Part shown: positions 1-12,187 of the stretch, piece after piece | Layout: each line of letters begins with the position of its first letter | How positions within the stretch are numbered: the first letter of the stretch is position 1 | Assembly (NCBI GenBank): GCA_049999805.1 | Contig: JBNGIO010006396.1 | Coordinates: 347,691-397,008, forward strand | Origin: Folioceros fuciformis | Taxonomy: Eukaryota | Direction of reading: 5' to 3' | DNA: 49,318 bases | Made by a program: the position numbers and the translations under genes | The notes under the pieces: model-generated | Database searches by the model: none | The model's input: the letters and a program-made list of their open reading frames with translations, nothing else | What the model was told of the DNA's origin: nothing

Positions 1-78
1 GAACAAGAGGATGCTTATAAATTTGAATTCAAATACTTGTTTATCTTGGCCAGAAAGTTTGTGAGAATAAGACATATA

Positions 79-1400
79 AAAACCCTAAACCCTAAGATTT
101 CAAAGTTTAGGATTAAGGATTTAAGATTTAGGGTTTAGAGAGAGAACCAAAGTTATTTGCCGAGTTTTAACCTTCATTAGTTGTAAGAGATAGTGTTAAA
201 GCCATGGGTTACGTGTGAATGTATTAGGCTATTGAACGAACCCTAGACCCTAAACCCTAAGACCACACACTATGTCATTATATAGTAACCCCTCATGGTT
301 TATGTCATGACTTTTAGTGTCAATATTAAAGCCAATTCTTATAGTTACTTGGATTGTCCTTAGTTTTTCTAGCTAAGGGTGTTCTTCTTGAAAGCTATAT
401 AGGTAGGATTCATTATCTCAAATTGGCTCTACTCGTTGATCTTGTGATCGTATTGAATAAAGATGAATTAATGTATATTTTAATTAAATTAAATATATGT
501 AGATAAGAAGGATTGACAACTTCACTATTATGTATATATGTGTTTTGATTCTCCTTTGCTCCAATCTTTACCAAAGCATAATACTTCTTTAGTACACACT
601 TGTTTAGGGTTTAGGGTTTAGGGTTTAGGATTAGGGTAAGACTCACTTTGTTGACAAGTACATTCCTTTCCAAGTTGGACACCATTTTATCCTTTTTGCC
701 ATTCGAATCCATGAGAGGACATATGCAAGGTATTTTCCAAATTTTTGAAGTCTTGTACCAAGGGAGTTCACAACGAGAATAATGGGCTTGGTATTCCTCT
801 TAGACAAAGGGAATCTATTGCTCAATAGCTAGCATTGGCAAAGGGTTTCTATCGCTCAATAGCTAGAATTGGCCAAGGGTTTCTATTGCTCAATAGCTAG
901 CATTGGCTAATGCCATATATAAGATGACAATGTTGGCAGGAGTGGAAGAGTATTCTACATTTCTCAACAGCTAGCGTTGGCTAATGCCATATATGGGATG
1001 AGAAATGTCGTCAACAACTCCAATGGTTTTCTCCTCCCAGACAACGAAGTTAGGTGCTATTGGTAGTAATAAGGGTTTAGGGTTTAATAAGCTTTCAGGG
1101 GATACCATGCTATTGGAAGTAATAAGCTTTCAGGTGGTATCCTCTAGTGTCCTTATCATTGGTAGTCATTAAGCTTCATGGGGTTAGGTGTTATTGGGAG
1201 TTATTAGGCTTGAGGGATTAGTTCTAGTGTTCCGCACCATTTATCTCCCTTTCTAGGTGTTTATCTCCCTTTCTAGGTGTAGATGGTTTTTCCAATTGTT
1301 TTTCTGAAATAAGTAAAAAATCTTCTTAGTACAGGTCTAAACCTTAAACCCTAAACCTAAGTATGAAGATGGTTATAACCCTAAACCCTAAACCTAAAAC
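79..1400. repeat. AT-rich repeat region with short interstitial telomere-type (TTTAGGG/CCCTAAA) tracts in both orientations
   Basis: aaaccctaaaccctaa at ~80-95, 241-260 and 1338-1400; tttagggtttagggtttagggtttagg at 604-630 and shorter tracts at 127-138 and 1072-1085. No credible ORF. Confidence 0.85.
807..1000. repeat. 34-bp tandem repeat (3 copies plus a partial fourth)
   Basis: Unit aagggtttctattgctcaatagctagcattggc(a/c) repeated three times at 807-908; ctcaacagctagcgttggctaatgccatat recurs at ~963-993. Confidence 0.85.
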
Positions 1401-1738
1401 ATGATTAAGAATATAAAATCAATTTTAATCCTGATTATGAAATCCACCATATTATGAAAGGGTGTAAGGTTTGAATTATGTTCGGGTAGTAGAACTCGTA
1501 CTACCATCACTCATACTTTACCTGCTTGTCGTACAAAATTGAAAACAAAAATTACGTTCGTCTTTTTCTTAAAGTTCGTTTATATTATAATACTGTATAT
1601 AATTCGTCCTACGTATATGATGTATTAATTGGTTGAGGCCGGTAACCATGACCGGAATTCGGTGACCGGTGGAGAGGGTAATATTGTAATTATCGGGAAC
1701 GGGAGAGGAATGGAAGACATTTGGCGACAGAGCTGGTG

Positions 1739-1823
1739 GACGTGGTTACATGGGGCCCGGCCGGGACAATATCCATCTTATCCGCTCTGCACTCCATTGG
1801 CGGAAATGGCCTTCCCCTTATCC
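1739..1823 (+). promoter_or_regulatory. Candidate light-responsive elements upstream of psbO (G-box-like GACGTGG and two I-boxes CTTATCC)
   Basis: GACGTGG at 1739-1745; CTTATCC (reverse GGATAAG) at 1777-1783 and 1817-1823, 120-200 bp before the ATG. I-box/G-box pairs are typical of photosynthesis-gene promoters. The motifs are short, so this is unproven. Confidence 0.5.
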
Positions 1824-1941
1824 TGGCGGCCAGGTGCAGCAAAGAGCTAGAGCAGAAGCTCGCTTCCTTCACGACCCGCTCGGGCCCAAACTTGTCTCAC
1901 GCGCTGAGCACATCCCTGATCTGTCCACCCGCGTTGCAGCT

Positions 1942-3063
1942 ATGGCGGCCGCTCTCTCCACCGGCTCTGCGCTCAAGGCTGCTGCGTCCCTGGCGCAGCC
2001 GAAGCTGGATGCAGCATGCAGCAGTCTCCGCCCGGCATCCAAGGCGTTCGGTCTCAGGCCCTCGGCCTCCAGGGTCTCCTGCTCGCTGCAGGACGATGTG
2101 AACGGCTTCGTCCAGAGGTGCGCTGATGCCGGCAAGGTGGCCGCTATCTCCTTGGCCGCCTCCGCTCTTGTCGCTACTGTAAGTGTCGCGAATGTTGTGG
2201 TTTGATCCGTTCTGTGTGTTTGTGGTGCCGCATTGCCCTGGTGGTTGGTGAGGAATTGCGTGAAGGAGGGACGCGGGGTTTTGATGTGTGTTGTCTTGTT
2301 GTAGGGAGCGGCTAACGCCGAGGGACCTCCGGCAAGGCTGACGCTGAACGAGATCAACAGCGAGACCTACTTGCAAGTGAAGGGGACGGGGAAGGCTAAT
2401 CAGTGCCCCAAGGTTGAGGACGGCTCGGCGTCCTTCACCATCCCGTCCGGGAGTTACAATGTGAAGAAGTTGTGCCTTGAGCCGACTTCCTTCACCGTGA
2501 AGGCGGAGGGCCAGTTGAAGGGATCTGGAGAGTCGTTCCAGAAGACCAAGCTCATGACCAGGCTGACCTACACCTTGGACGAGATCACAGGGCCGTTGGA
2601 AGTGGGTGACGGCAGTATTAGGTTCAAGGAAGTTGACGGCATCGACTACGCCGCCGTCACAGTTCAGCTGCCCGGAGGCGAAAGGGTGCCATTTCTCTTC
2701 ACCATCAAGGAGTTGGAAGCATCCGGAACCCCGGAGGCCTTCGGCGGAAAGTTCATTGTGCCTGCCTACAGAGGCTCCTCTTTCTTGGACCCGAAGGGCA
2801 GGGGTGGATCCACCGGCTACGACAACGCCGTAGCTCTGCCTGCGGGAGGCCGTGGTGACGAGGATGACCTCGCCAAGGAGAACAACAAGAATACCGAGGT
2901 GCTGGAAGGCAGCATCACCTTCAGCATTGCCGAGTCCAATCCTGAGACGAAAGAATTCGCAGGAGTGTTCGAGTCCTTCCAGCCCTCTGATACTGACTTG
3001 GGATCCAAGGCTCCCAAGGAGGTCAAGATCCAGGGCATTTTCTACGCCCTCCTAGATGACTAG
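1942..3063 (+). CDS. psbO: Photosystem II oxygen-evolving enhancer protein 1 (33 kDa OEC), 2 exons: 1942-2178, 2305-3063 (331 aa)
   Basis: Bipartite transit peptide ending ANA|EG; motifs [93 protein letters not shown]. Phase-0 GT-AG intron 2179-2304. Confidence 0.98.
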
Positions 3064-3989
3064 ATGATAACTGCAGCCTTGTTCATATATTGTTCTGTAA
3101 CAATTTGTATCTCAAGAAAACGCAAGTATGCAACTGCGTCACCATAAACTCGTCGTGTGGAAGCGTTCATCAGGCGTGCTTTCCTGTTGCAAAGTGGTTG
3201 ATGGGCACCCTCTCTGCGACACTCTCTTATACTGGGAGTGAAGTCCCTCTTGTGCTAGCTATGATGCACGAAGTTGCATCTTGTGAGAAATTGTAGCACT
3301 GTGAGAATTTGGATATGTCCAGGAGAAGATGACATCAGCCTTGTGGCCTGGGGCACTCAGGTCTTGCGATCTAAGAGTGAAGTTTTGAGGTGCTGATGCA
3401 GTGTCAGGACAACAACGGGTGTGGAGGAAACCTGGCATCTTGCGCATTTCTTGCGAAGTGGAGAAGACTGTATCTGCTATTGCTTTGTCTGGAGATGGTG
3501 TAGAGTTCCCAAACTGTTCTGAAACATGTCTAGTGTCCTTCATAGCAGGAAGCTCCACACCACAGTTCTTACTACGATTCCGCAGTGGCAATCAGCCATT
3601 CCGTGCCATGCCTTCCATGACCAAGTGAAGTTTGTCAGGCTTGCAATTCTTCAGGCCCTTCCTCTCGCGCACATGCAGGACCAGCGTAGCATTTGAGCAA
3701 GGCTGGACTGCTCCGATTCACCTTCGTCAAGGTCTACTAAGCACCCAACTTATGTGCAAAGTGGTGAAGGAAGAAAGGAGTTAAAACAACAAAAGTTGGA
3801 ATCTGAAATTAGGATTACTCTAACCGCCGGTCCCGCAGGAGTACCAACGCTTTAGATGTCCAAAGCCATAGCGGGAAGAGCAGCAAGCAGCAGCGAGCTC
3901 AGGAGCCCAGCGGATGCTGCCCGTGCTGGGTTTGCTTTGCTGTAGCTCTGCCGCCCGGTGAGCCAGAGCAGCAGCAGGAGCAAAGCGCC

Positions 3990-5021
3990 ATGTTATCTGC
4001 TTGTAGAGCGGCAGCCAGCTCCCTGCGGGGCAAACCTGCAGGTCCGAAGTTTGGTTGCAACAATGTGTGTCTTGCGATCATGGTTCTTGAGGACGGTGGT
4101 AGGGTTTCTGAGCTTGCTTGTGTTGGGGGAGCAGGGTCTGTGGCAGCGGCTTGGAATCGGGCCAGCCAGCGATTGGGTCTCAGCACTGGCGACAGCGCGA
4201 ATTCCCATGACGACTTCAAGCCTGTGCTCAAGGCGCCGGATGCCGCGCAACCTGTGCTGGAGCACATCGAAAAGGTTCGACTCCGGCCGTGCGGGCGAGG
4301 GCTGCAAGGGCAGCTGAGCTGGATTGCATTGGATTTTGGCACTGTCTGCAGAATTGTAGGGCAATCAGGGGCTGGCCATCTTTCCTTTGCTTCTTTTCGA
4401 TCTGCTCTGCTGCGCGATGTTGCAGGATGTGAAGGAGAATCCGATTATGGTGTACATGAAAGGAATTCCAGAGGCTCCTCAGTGTGGCTTCAGTGCCCTG
4501 GTGGTACGCATTCTGAATGAGCATGGTGAGTTGTCGCGGCCTCGTGCGCGCAACCTAGTCTTGCGAGGGGAAGTGTGGCTCCTACGTGGGTTCTGTCCTC
4601 ACGGGGACAACTATGAAACAAGCTGTGCAGGTGTACCGTTCAAATCAAGAAACGTGTTGGCTGATCCTGAGCTGAGGAGTGGCATCAAAGAGTACAGGTA
4701 CGTGGCATTCGCCTGCTTCGAACGCCCACGGATGGTTGGATCGGACTCTTGACCGTTAAGCCTGCTCAAGGACATCTGCTTGTCGTTGTGGTATTGCAGC
4801 AAGTGGCCAACAGTTCCCCAGGTTTATGTAAATGGAGAGTTTGTCGGTGGATCCGACATCATTTTGAACATGCACAAGGTTTAATCAAATCATCTGCTTA
4901 CCAGCTTCTTGTAGACCTCCTTTTCACAGTGAACATAGGTTTGATGCTTCTCAATTGGCACTTGCAGAATGGAGAGCTCGAAGCCTTGTTCAAAGAGGCC
5001 GGGGTTACCAAGAAGGAGTAG
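3990..5021 (+). CDS. GRXS15: Monothiol CGFS glutaredoxin, mitochondrial GRXS15/Grx5 type, ~6 exons
   Basis: Spliced product: [15 protein letters not shown] presequence, [90 protein letters not shown] sites join the pieces in frame. Confidence 0.95.
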
Positions 5022-5513
5022 AGCTAGGTTGCTGGGTTCAGCTGTAACTGTTATTTGCTCACGACTGGGTGAGTTGTTTAGGTAGCCTCTGTTTCTGGCA
5101 GTCTTCAAATGGGGACGGAGCAAGCAAGAATTGCGGATCGTGGACCAGAAAGAATTACGACGGTGTTCCCCTGTTCGATGTGGGAATAAGTGGACAGGAT
5201 TTTTTTTGTTTTTGATCTGTCTGTCTGACTTAATTTGGAAGGAGGTCTAGTTCATGGAGCAATTTTGGCTTAGCCTACTGATTAGGTGTGAGGTTGTGAA
5301 CATTTATGCGGTTGTTCAGGCTTCCTCTGTTGACCATCGAATTCGTCCAAGATGACATTTTGGCTGGTCCATGTCTCCGCAGGGTGGCTGCTTACATGAC
5401 TTTACGGTTGTGACCTGAAGCTGTGGTTCCTCGAGGAAGCATGAGCTTCCAGACTTGGAAGACTGCAGGTGTATGCTATACAGAGACGAAAGATGCAGAG
5501 AAGTTCAGGAGAC

Positions 5514-7033
5514 CTACAAAATCACGGCGACAGGATTTTTAGAATTCGAAGCATCTTGCTGCTTCCTGAAAAGATATCTCCTGCCGCAGACGGGGGGCCT
5601 TATTTTCTTCTCAGCTATGAGACTATCTTCATCTAGCTTTGCCTGCAAAATTGCGGCTTCCTTTTCGGCCAGCAGATCTGCCATGAGACGCCGCTTCTTC
5701 ACTCCTGGGGAGTCGGGATCTGGTCGTGCTAGCACGGCCTGTGACCTGTTGTTCTTGCTGGGCTTTCGGCAAAGCTTCCCTTTCTTGCCCGCAGCGAGAG
5801 CCTCACCAGCAGGAACCGGAGCCTCACCCGCAGCAACAGGAGCCTCACGAGCTGGACCAGCAGTAGCCTCACGAGCTTGAGCAGCAGGAGCCTGACGAGC
5901 TGGAGCAGCAGTAGCCTGACGAGCTGGAGCAGCAGTAGCCTCACGAGCTGGAGCAGCAGTAGCCTCAGCAGCTGGAGCAGCAGTAGCCTCGCTAGCTGGA
6001 GCAGCAGTAGCCTCAGCAGCTGGAGCAGCAGGAGCCACAGCAGGTGTGTTGTCTCCTCTATCCTGGCACATACGCTCTTGTCGCTCCAAGGCCTCAGGCT
6101 TTTGCACTATCTGGGTTCGAACACCTGCGACGTTTTCAGTTGCGTGACCTCCGTTTCCAGCCTCACCCACCGGGGCTGTTGGTGCTGGCGCAGGAAGGGA
6201 TCCTCTGGAAGGAACCGACGATTGCTGCTGCACTGGGTGGCTGACTGCTGCACCCGCTACGACCTCTGATGCTCCAAGAGCAGGAGGAGGGAGTGGCGTT
6301 CCTGGGTGCTCTCCGTCGCGTCTTCCAGCTGTAGGCGGCCGTTCAACAGCAGCAGCAGTAGGGGGGGTCCGGTTACCTGCCGCAATGCCACGCAGCTTGT
6401 CTTGCGTCAAAGGATCCAGGATGCCAGGGAATGGAGAGGAGGTCGGTAAAGGAGGTACCTGTATGAGATGGATGAACGACGTGCACCAACGAACTGTGCA
6501 ACAGGGATTGGAGGTACTGCGCACGGTTTTCCTTCTCCCTGCGCTTCAGCTCCATTTTCTGCGAAATCTGCAGCACAAACTCTTCGTGGATTTTGGCTGC
6601 CACCTGCACTCTCCTGAACATTTCTAGCTCGTAGTCCGCATGCTCCTTGGTCTTACATTCCAGCAACTTCCCTAGCTGGACAAGCTCCTCATCCGCCTGT
6701 GCCATGGCGCTTCTGGCCTGCTCTGCCTCCAATGCCATCTCCCGAACCAGGTTTCCATGCGCCCGGATGAAGAGCTCCTGCGCCTCCTTCACTCCCATCC
6801 CTGCCAGTCGAACTGCAAGTCCGCCGCACTGCAAGAAGCATTGCGAACTCCACCCAACAAGGCAGCGCCCGACATGCACCTGCTTTCTTTTCCCCTGAAT
6901 CAGTTGCTTTCTTGAGTCTCCTTACCTGCCCGTTACAAGGCATCCGAAGTACAGGTGCGTACTGGACTCTCCCAATCGTTGTTCGCATCACTTCAACTTT
7001 TGCGACGTGCGTCACGGCCTTAAAGGGCGTCAC
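5514..7033 (-). CDS. Unassigned coiled-coil plus Ala/Pro-rich repeat protein (family A-related copy A0; spliced or partly disrupted)
   Basis: ORFs 6373-6879 (coiled coil ...AAKIHEEFVLQISQKMELKRREKEN, resembling the coiled coils at 10017-10526 and 29758-30183) and 5514-6524 (EATAAPAR repeats, basic KKRR C-terminus). Exon structure not resolved. Confidence 0.5.
5805..6045. repeat. 24-bp coding minisatellite (~9-10 copies; EATAAPAR-like on -)
   Basis: gctggagcagcagtagcct(c/g)a(c/g)(g/c)a repeated in tandem. Confidence 0.9.
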
Positions 7034-7524
7034 TAATACCCAGCACGGTGTGGTGCTTGCACGGATTCGGCTACCTTGCTCTCATGTTTCCTACTTGCTT
7101 CAGCTCTAGGGGAATGGGTGGATCCCGTGAAAGAGGCAAGCATTTACAAGCATTTACTTCCAGTCCTTTCAGGAATGCCTGAACGGACGCCTGTTCAAGG
7201 CAGGTTGTTGAGGGCAGCATCGTTGCCTGCGGATCTGCACATGTTTGTAGTTGATCTACTACGGATGTACTGGATCCTGCTGCTTCTGGTTTATGTACTG
7301 ACAGGAGGGCTGGTGGGGCTGGTGGGGGGAATTTTGTCAGCTGCTGCCAAGCTGATGCACTGGATCCTGCCATCCACGAAGACCACCACATGCTTGCAGT
7401 CACACGGGCTATAGTGAATCACGTCTGCCTCGCACCTGGAACACCATGTGGAAGAAAGGGTGAGAAATCTGAACATTGAATGCTGCGGTAGGGACCCACA
7501 AAATGTTGGTCAGAATTGGGGGGC

Positions 7525-10500
7525 TCACCATCTTTCAGTTTCCTTGGACAGGATGTCGAACCTCCTTCCCTCCAGAGCATGGCCGAAGGCCAGCCATCTG
7601 TCATCTTCCTTCTCGGATGCAGCATTTCTGTCCATAGCACTTTTGGTGGGCGATTTCACCTGCACCAGCTTCACCAGCTCGCGTCCTGCCTCCGGGAGCT
7701 GGCCTGCTTGCACCAGCGCAGCAGATCCTGCGGCCGCGCATTCCACAGGCCCCGGCAGAGCATCTGACTCAGACTGCGTCGGGGGCTGGAATCTCCAGTA
7801 CCGCAGCTCCCAGTCAGAGAAGAGTTCTCGGGCTCTCCGCACCCGGAACTGGTGCTGCACAGACTGGAGCTCCCTGGTTCTGGTGGGAAACGCCTTCACG
7901 TAGTTCTGGATCAACTCCTTCACATGCTTCCGTGTTTCGCTGTAGCGGTCGAGCTTGAAGCCGGTCTTCCCGAAGGCTAGTATCATGTTCGGCAGTGTCG
8001 TCAATTCCTTATCGGCGACGCTGTCTGTTGCGGATGCCACGGGTTCGTCGTTGGCGTTGCCGCTGCTGACGAGAGGATTCCTGACCCTTCCCTTCAAAAC
8101 TGCTTTGGCCTCGCTGCTTTCCTTCAACTTCACTTTTGACTCTTGCTTTGCTGCAGTTGCTCGCCTCAACCGCTCCTTCAACCGGAGCATAAACTCGCTG
8201 GAGAAGCCGGAGAAGATCTGGCGAAACCCTTCCGAGCTCAAGCCTGCCGCGTCATGCCATCCCTCCAGGTTGAAGTCCCATGGCTCCACCACAGCCACAT
8301 ACGAGGGAATCTTGAGGTGCGCTGGGTCGACGGCGAGCTTCTCGGGGTACTCTGTCTCCCGCAGCTCCCTTTCTATCCTGCTCGACATGGTGGTGAGAAA
8401 CCGCGCTTTGGAGGATGCATAGTTCCCTCTCTGTCGCACTTCTGGGGAGTTCTCCCTGAGCAACTTTCTCTTCTGGCTGTAGGCTTGAATCTGTGCCTTC
8501 CTCTTTTTCTGGCTGTTTGAAGGCTTCTTCGCCTGCTGCTGCTGCAGTCGGAGGCTGTCGTTGCATGTATCATCCAGTATACTTCTTTCCGCACATGCGA
8601 GGGGCTTGGGAGGTCTCCCCCGCTTCCCCAGAATCTGCCAGGCCCGCCACTGGTGGAAGTCCTTCCGATGCGCATTCAGAGATCTCAGCTCTGAGAACCG
8701 TCGGTCGCAGCTGTTGTCCGTGCCTGTGCCACTCAGCTTGCAGATGTATGTCTTCACGCCGTCTTCCACAGTCTCCTCCCACGTTCCATCCTTCTCCTTG
8801 GTCCTGTTTCTCACGGGATCGTCTGCAAACATGGGAGCAAGCCGTCACCGAACTACCTACCCTCTACCACCTTCGCTCACCATCCACGTTAGTTTCTTGG
8901 TTGTGCAGCCTCGCAGAGCTATAGTCCTCACCTTCTGGAGAGCCGAGTGCAAGGATGTCCAGCCTCGGAAGTCCAGCTCCGCACAAGCGCTTCACTTTCT
9001 CACCATCAGCCTGCAACCCAGGTATGCGCCGTGAAGAGTGTAACAACAGCATACTTGCGAGCTAGTGTTTGAACATAGCGACAGGACTACTAGGTACATG
9101 TGGAGGAAGAAAGTACTTCAGAAGCCTGGAGGACGCCTGGCTCTGCTTTGTTGTCATCACTCGAGCTTGGGACAGGACTCAGTGGTGCTTGCTCCTGTTC
9201 ATCGGACCTCAGGTCGTTACCTTGCAACTCGGCTCCAACTTCCTTCTGTCATGAACCAAGACACATCCATTCCAAGCCCATAGTCACCCATTTCGACCTG
9301 GAGCATGTTCTTTTAAGGAAATATCACACCCTTTTCAGGCACTGTCAACTTCCCTTCAGGCAATATCACGCCCATGTTAGCCTGTAGCTGGTGCATGTCA
9401 GCAAATCGCACACCCATCTCATGATCAGCCATTGTCACAAACTTTACCTTTCCATGACAACCGTCCACTGCAACAACGGTAGCCCCTCCCAAACTCCCCG
9501 GGCCTTGCTCCTCCTCCTCACCCGGCCCGCGCCCCACCTCCGCCCCTTCACTTCCCACCAATCCACGTTCCGGTGGGTCAGGCAGCACCTCCACACCCTT
9601 TTCGACATCAGAGTCTTCCTCTCCCTGGCTCCGGCCACTGTCCACAGAACTCTTAACTGGCGAGCAACCCACGGACTTCTCTACCGGGGCCAAGGTTTTA
9701 CAATGCGGGTGATCTTCCCCAACAATCTTCTTGAACACCCTTCTCCTCCTCTTACTCAAGTTTCGATCACACATCACGTCCTCCCCCTTGTTCCCCGTAG
9801 GAGGCGCAATCACCGCTTCCTGATCAGGACCCGGCTCATCGTCCAGGTCAGAATCCAGGTTAATCACCCGTTCTAGATTGTTCAAGACTTCCACTTCTAA
9901 CCTCCTGGCGACCTCCTCCCGTTGCCCCGCTTCTTCAACTTTGATTTCCACGGTGGTGAAGACCACCGGCCTCTCACCACCTTCACTCACACCAACAACA
10001 CCTGCAACGGGCGATGCTATAATTTCATTAGCTTACCCCTACCTTCACAAAACGCAGGATGGCATGAACAGAAGGAAAGTTCTGCACATTTATTGACCAA
10101 CGACCTCGACGAAGACGATCGCATGGGAAAAGCGAGCAAGAGCAAAGCACAACCTGCAGACAAAATTGGAACAGACAGATCTCGCTGCAGCTCAGCGAGC
10201 CTCCTGAGATGCACCATGAGTCCCTCGTTCTCTCTCCTCTTCGTGCTCATGTCTTCCGCCGCCTTCCGCGACAGCTGCTTGTGCCCCATAATCTTGTCCT
10301 CCATCTCCTCCGACATCTTCCGCATCTCGTTCGCATGGGCCCGGCCAATCTCCTCCAGCTCCGACTGCATCTCCCTCAACAATTCATCGTTGCTCTGAAT
10401 CTGCCGTTTCAGCTTTTGGCAAGTGCGGATCACCTGCTGGTGCGCTTGATCCTGCAGTGCCTGCGCCTCCTCCAGAATCATGATTCCCGGCTTCCTTCCA

Positions 10501-10787
10501 CCTGCACCTTCCAGAACTTCCTCCACTCCCCGTCACGGAAAAGCGAATTGTTGCAGCAACATTCAATCACCGCCCGATTCCTGCCCTGGGGCACATGAAT
10601 GCTGCTGAATGGCGTGGAATCGAGGGTCCGTCGTGAAGCGAAGCAGGCGGAGTGGTATGGCTGGCATGTAAGGTGTTACACTTCCTCCATCCCCAAGTCG
10701 GTAGTAGGCCAGGAATGGGAACGGGTCCAAAGCGCTTGATGAAATCATTGCCGCTGCTGGCAACGCCAACAGCCGTTGTTGTTTCAC
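7525..10787 (-). CDS. Family A gene A1: coiled coil, acidic linker, C2H2-like zinc finger, AT-hook, WELRYW domain (multi-exon, possibly with lesions)
   Basis: ORFs 10017-10526, 9313-9990, 8864-9052 and 7525-8832. In-frame GT-AG junctions link the last three exons (..QASE|ADGEK.., ..NVD|DDPVR..). YICKLSGTGTDNSCDRRFSELRSLNAHRKDFH followed by KRGRPPK. The C-terminal domain aligns with ORF 27574-28569. The 5' junctions are uncertain. Confidence 0.65.
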
Positions 10788-11163
10788 TAAATTATCATTG
10801 CTCTTCCCTGCTTAGCTGATAACCACTTTTGTTAGTTCACTTTATCTACTCATTTTGTTTGCGTCTGGCAGGACCAAGATGGCAAGATGTGGAGAGAACG
10901 CATCTCGCATCACGCAAGGAGCCTGTCCATATTTTCTCCTGTGTGCAAGCATCGTACGTTCTCATCACCTCTGCACCTTAATATTTCCTACATCTACCTG
11001 CAGAATTTAGTCACACATTAGCCCAACACCCAACCTACTAGGTCTTAATGCAGCCCAATACCCATCTGCACTAAGTAGGGCATTCACATTGTACAGCATG
11101 AAACACAAATAAGCTTTATTTTAACTAGTTCACAGGGAAAACTCATCACCATACATTATGAGA

Positions 11164-11724
11164 GGATCATAGCACCTCAGAGTCTTGCATCCCTCCAGCT
11201 GGTGAGATGTTTGTTGGTCTCCGCTGAATGGGCTCAGGCTTACTCGGGTGTGTACAGATGCTCATGTAGAGGCCATGGTGAAAGGAATTGGTCCCCCAGG
11301 TGTGAATTCGCAGGCCACTCAAGTCGTGGAAATTAAAAAAGGGATCATGAATGAGCCTGGCTCGGGATCCGGAACGAGTCGACCAGTGGACTTGAACGAA
11401 GAAATGCAGGTGGATGTTTCCTGTAGTAACAAGGAGTCCGATTGCGTGGCCCTTGCACACTTCAGGGAACCCAGGTTTGAAAGTATGCGGACTCTGGCAA
11501 CCCTGCAGGACTAGCGTACCGCATCCGGAACGTCGTCCCAAACAGAGCCAGGAAGGAACTCAAGCTGTGCAGGTACAACTCCCGAGTCTCGTCCTGAACC
11601 TGCGTGCAAGGCTGCCTCGATTTCTCCTGGTGAGTTTATTCCTTTCCAGATAGGGACCCTGGCGAGCAGGCCTAGCGCATGCCGTCCGGAACCTCGTCAG
11701 GAACAGAGCGACCCAGGGACTCTA
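11164..11724 (+). pseudogene. Truncated, frameshifted copy of the 3' part of family B gene B2
   Basis: High nucleotide similarity to 17324-17865 (aggatcatagcacctc...gatg(c/t)tcatgtagaggccatggtgaaagg...ggaacagagcga). An indel near 11500 gives an early TAG. Ends abruptly in AT-rich sequence. Confidence 0.85.
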
Positions 11725-12187
11725 AATATAATCCCTACATATATATTTAGATTCAATCCATTCAATAAAAATATTGAATGCATTAAATTCAACATCATCC
11801 CGTAGTATCTCGTATTCCACTCGCTCGTTCCTCCATAGCCATCTTTCTCAAACTGTAGTACCTTGAGCTAGGAGGATGATTTGTCGAAACCGTAAATAAT
11901 ACTTAGAACGGCGTTTCTGAGAGATCTGTCAGTCTAGGGTCTTCCCCAACACCTGCGTTTGCCCCCAGGATCTTGCATCAGTCCACATCTATGCAACAAG
12001 TTAACCTTTCCGAAGCTATATTTTCAATCAGCGCCCTCATGCAGCGTGCACAGGCAGAGCTGGCCATGGGAGGGCACAGCCCGAGCTGGGAGTGCACAGA
12101 AAAAGCAGAACTAGGCCTGCTCAGGCAGAGCTGGTAGTGCATAGACAGATGAGGCGGATTACAAACTGATACAGACATACCTGAGGG

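Noticed and set aside
603-640. True telomere or chromosome end
   Set aside because: Only ~4-5 units, internal, and tracts occur in both orientations.
1750-2376. Overlapping ORFs on both strands around psbO exon 1
   Set aside because: Shadow frames of GC-rich coding sequence; spliced psbO explains the region.
3090-3628. Small ORFs between psbO and GRXS15
   Set aside because: No recognisable motifs or consistent splice structure.
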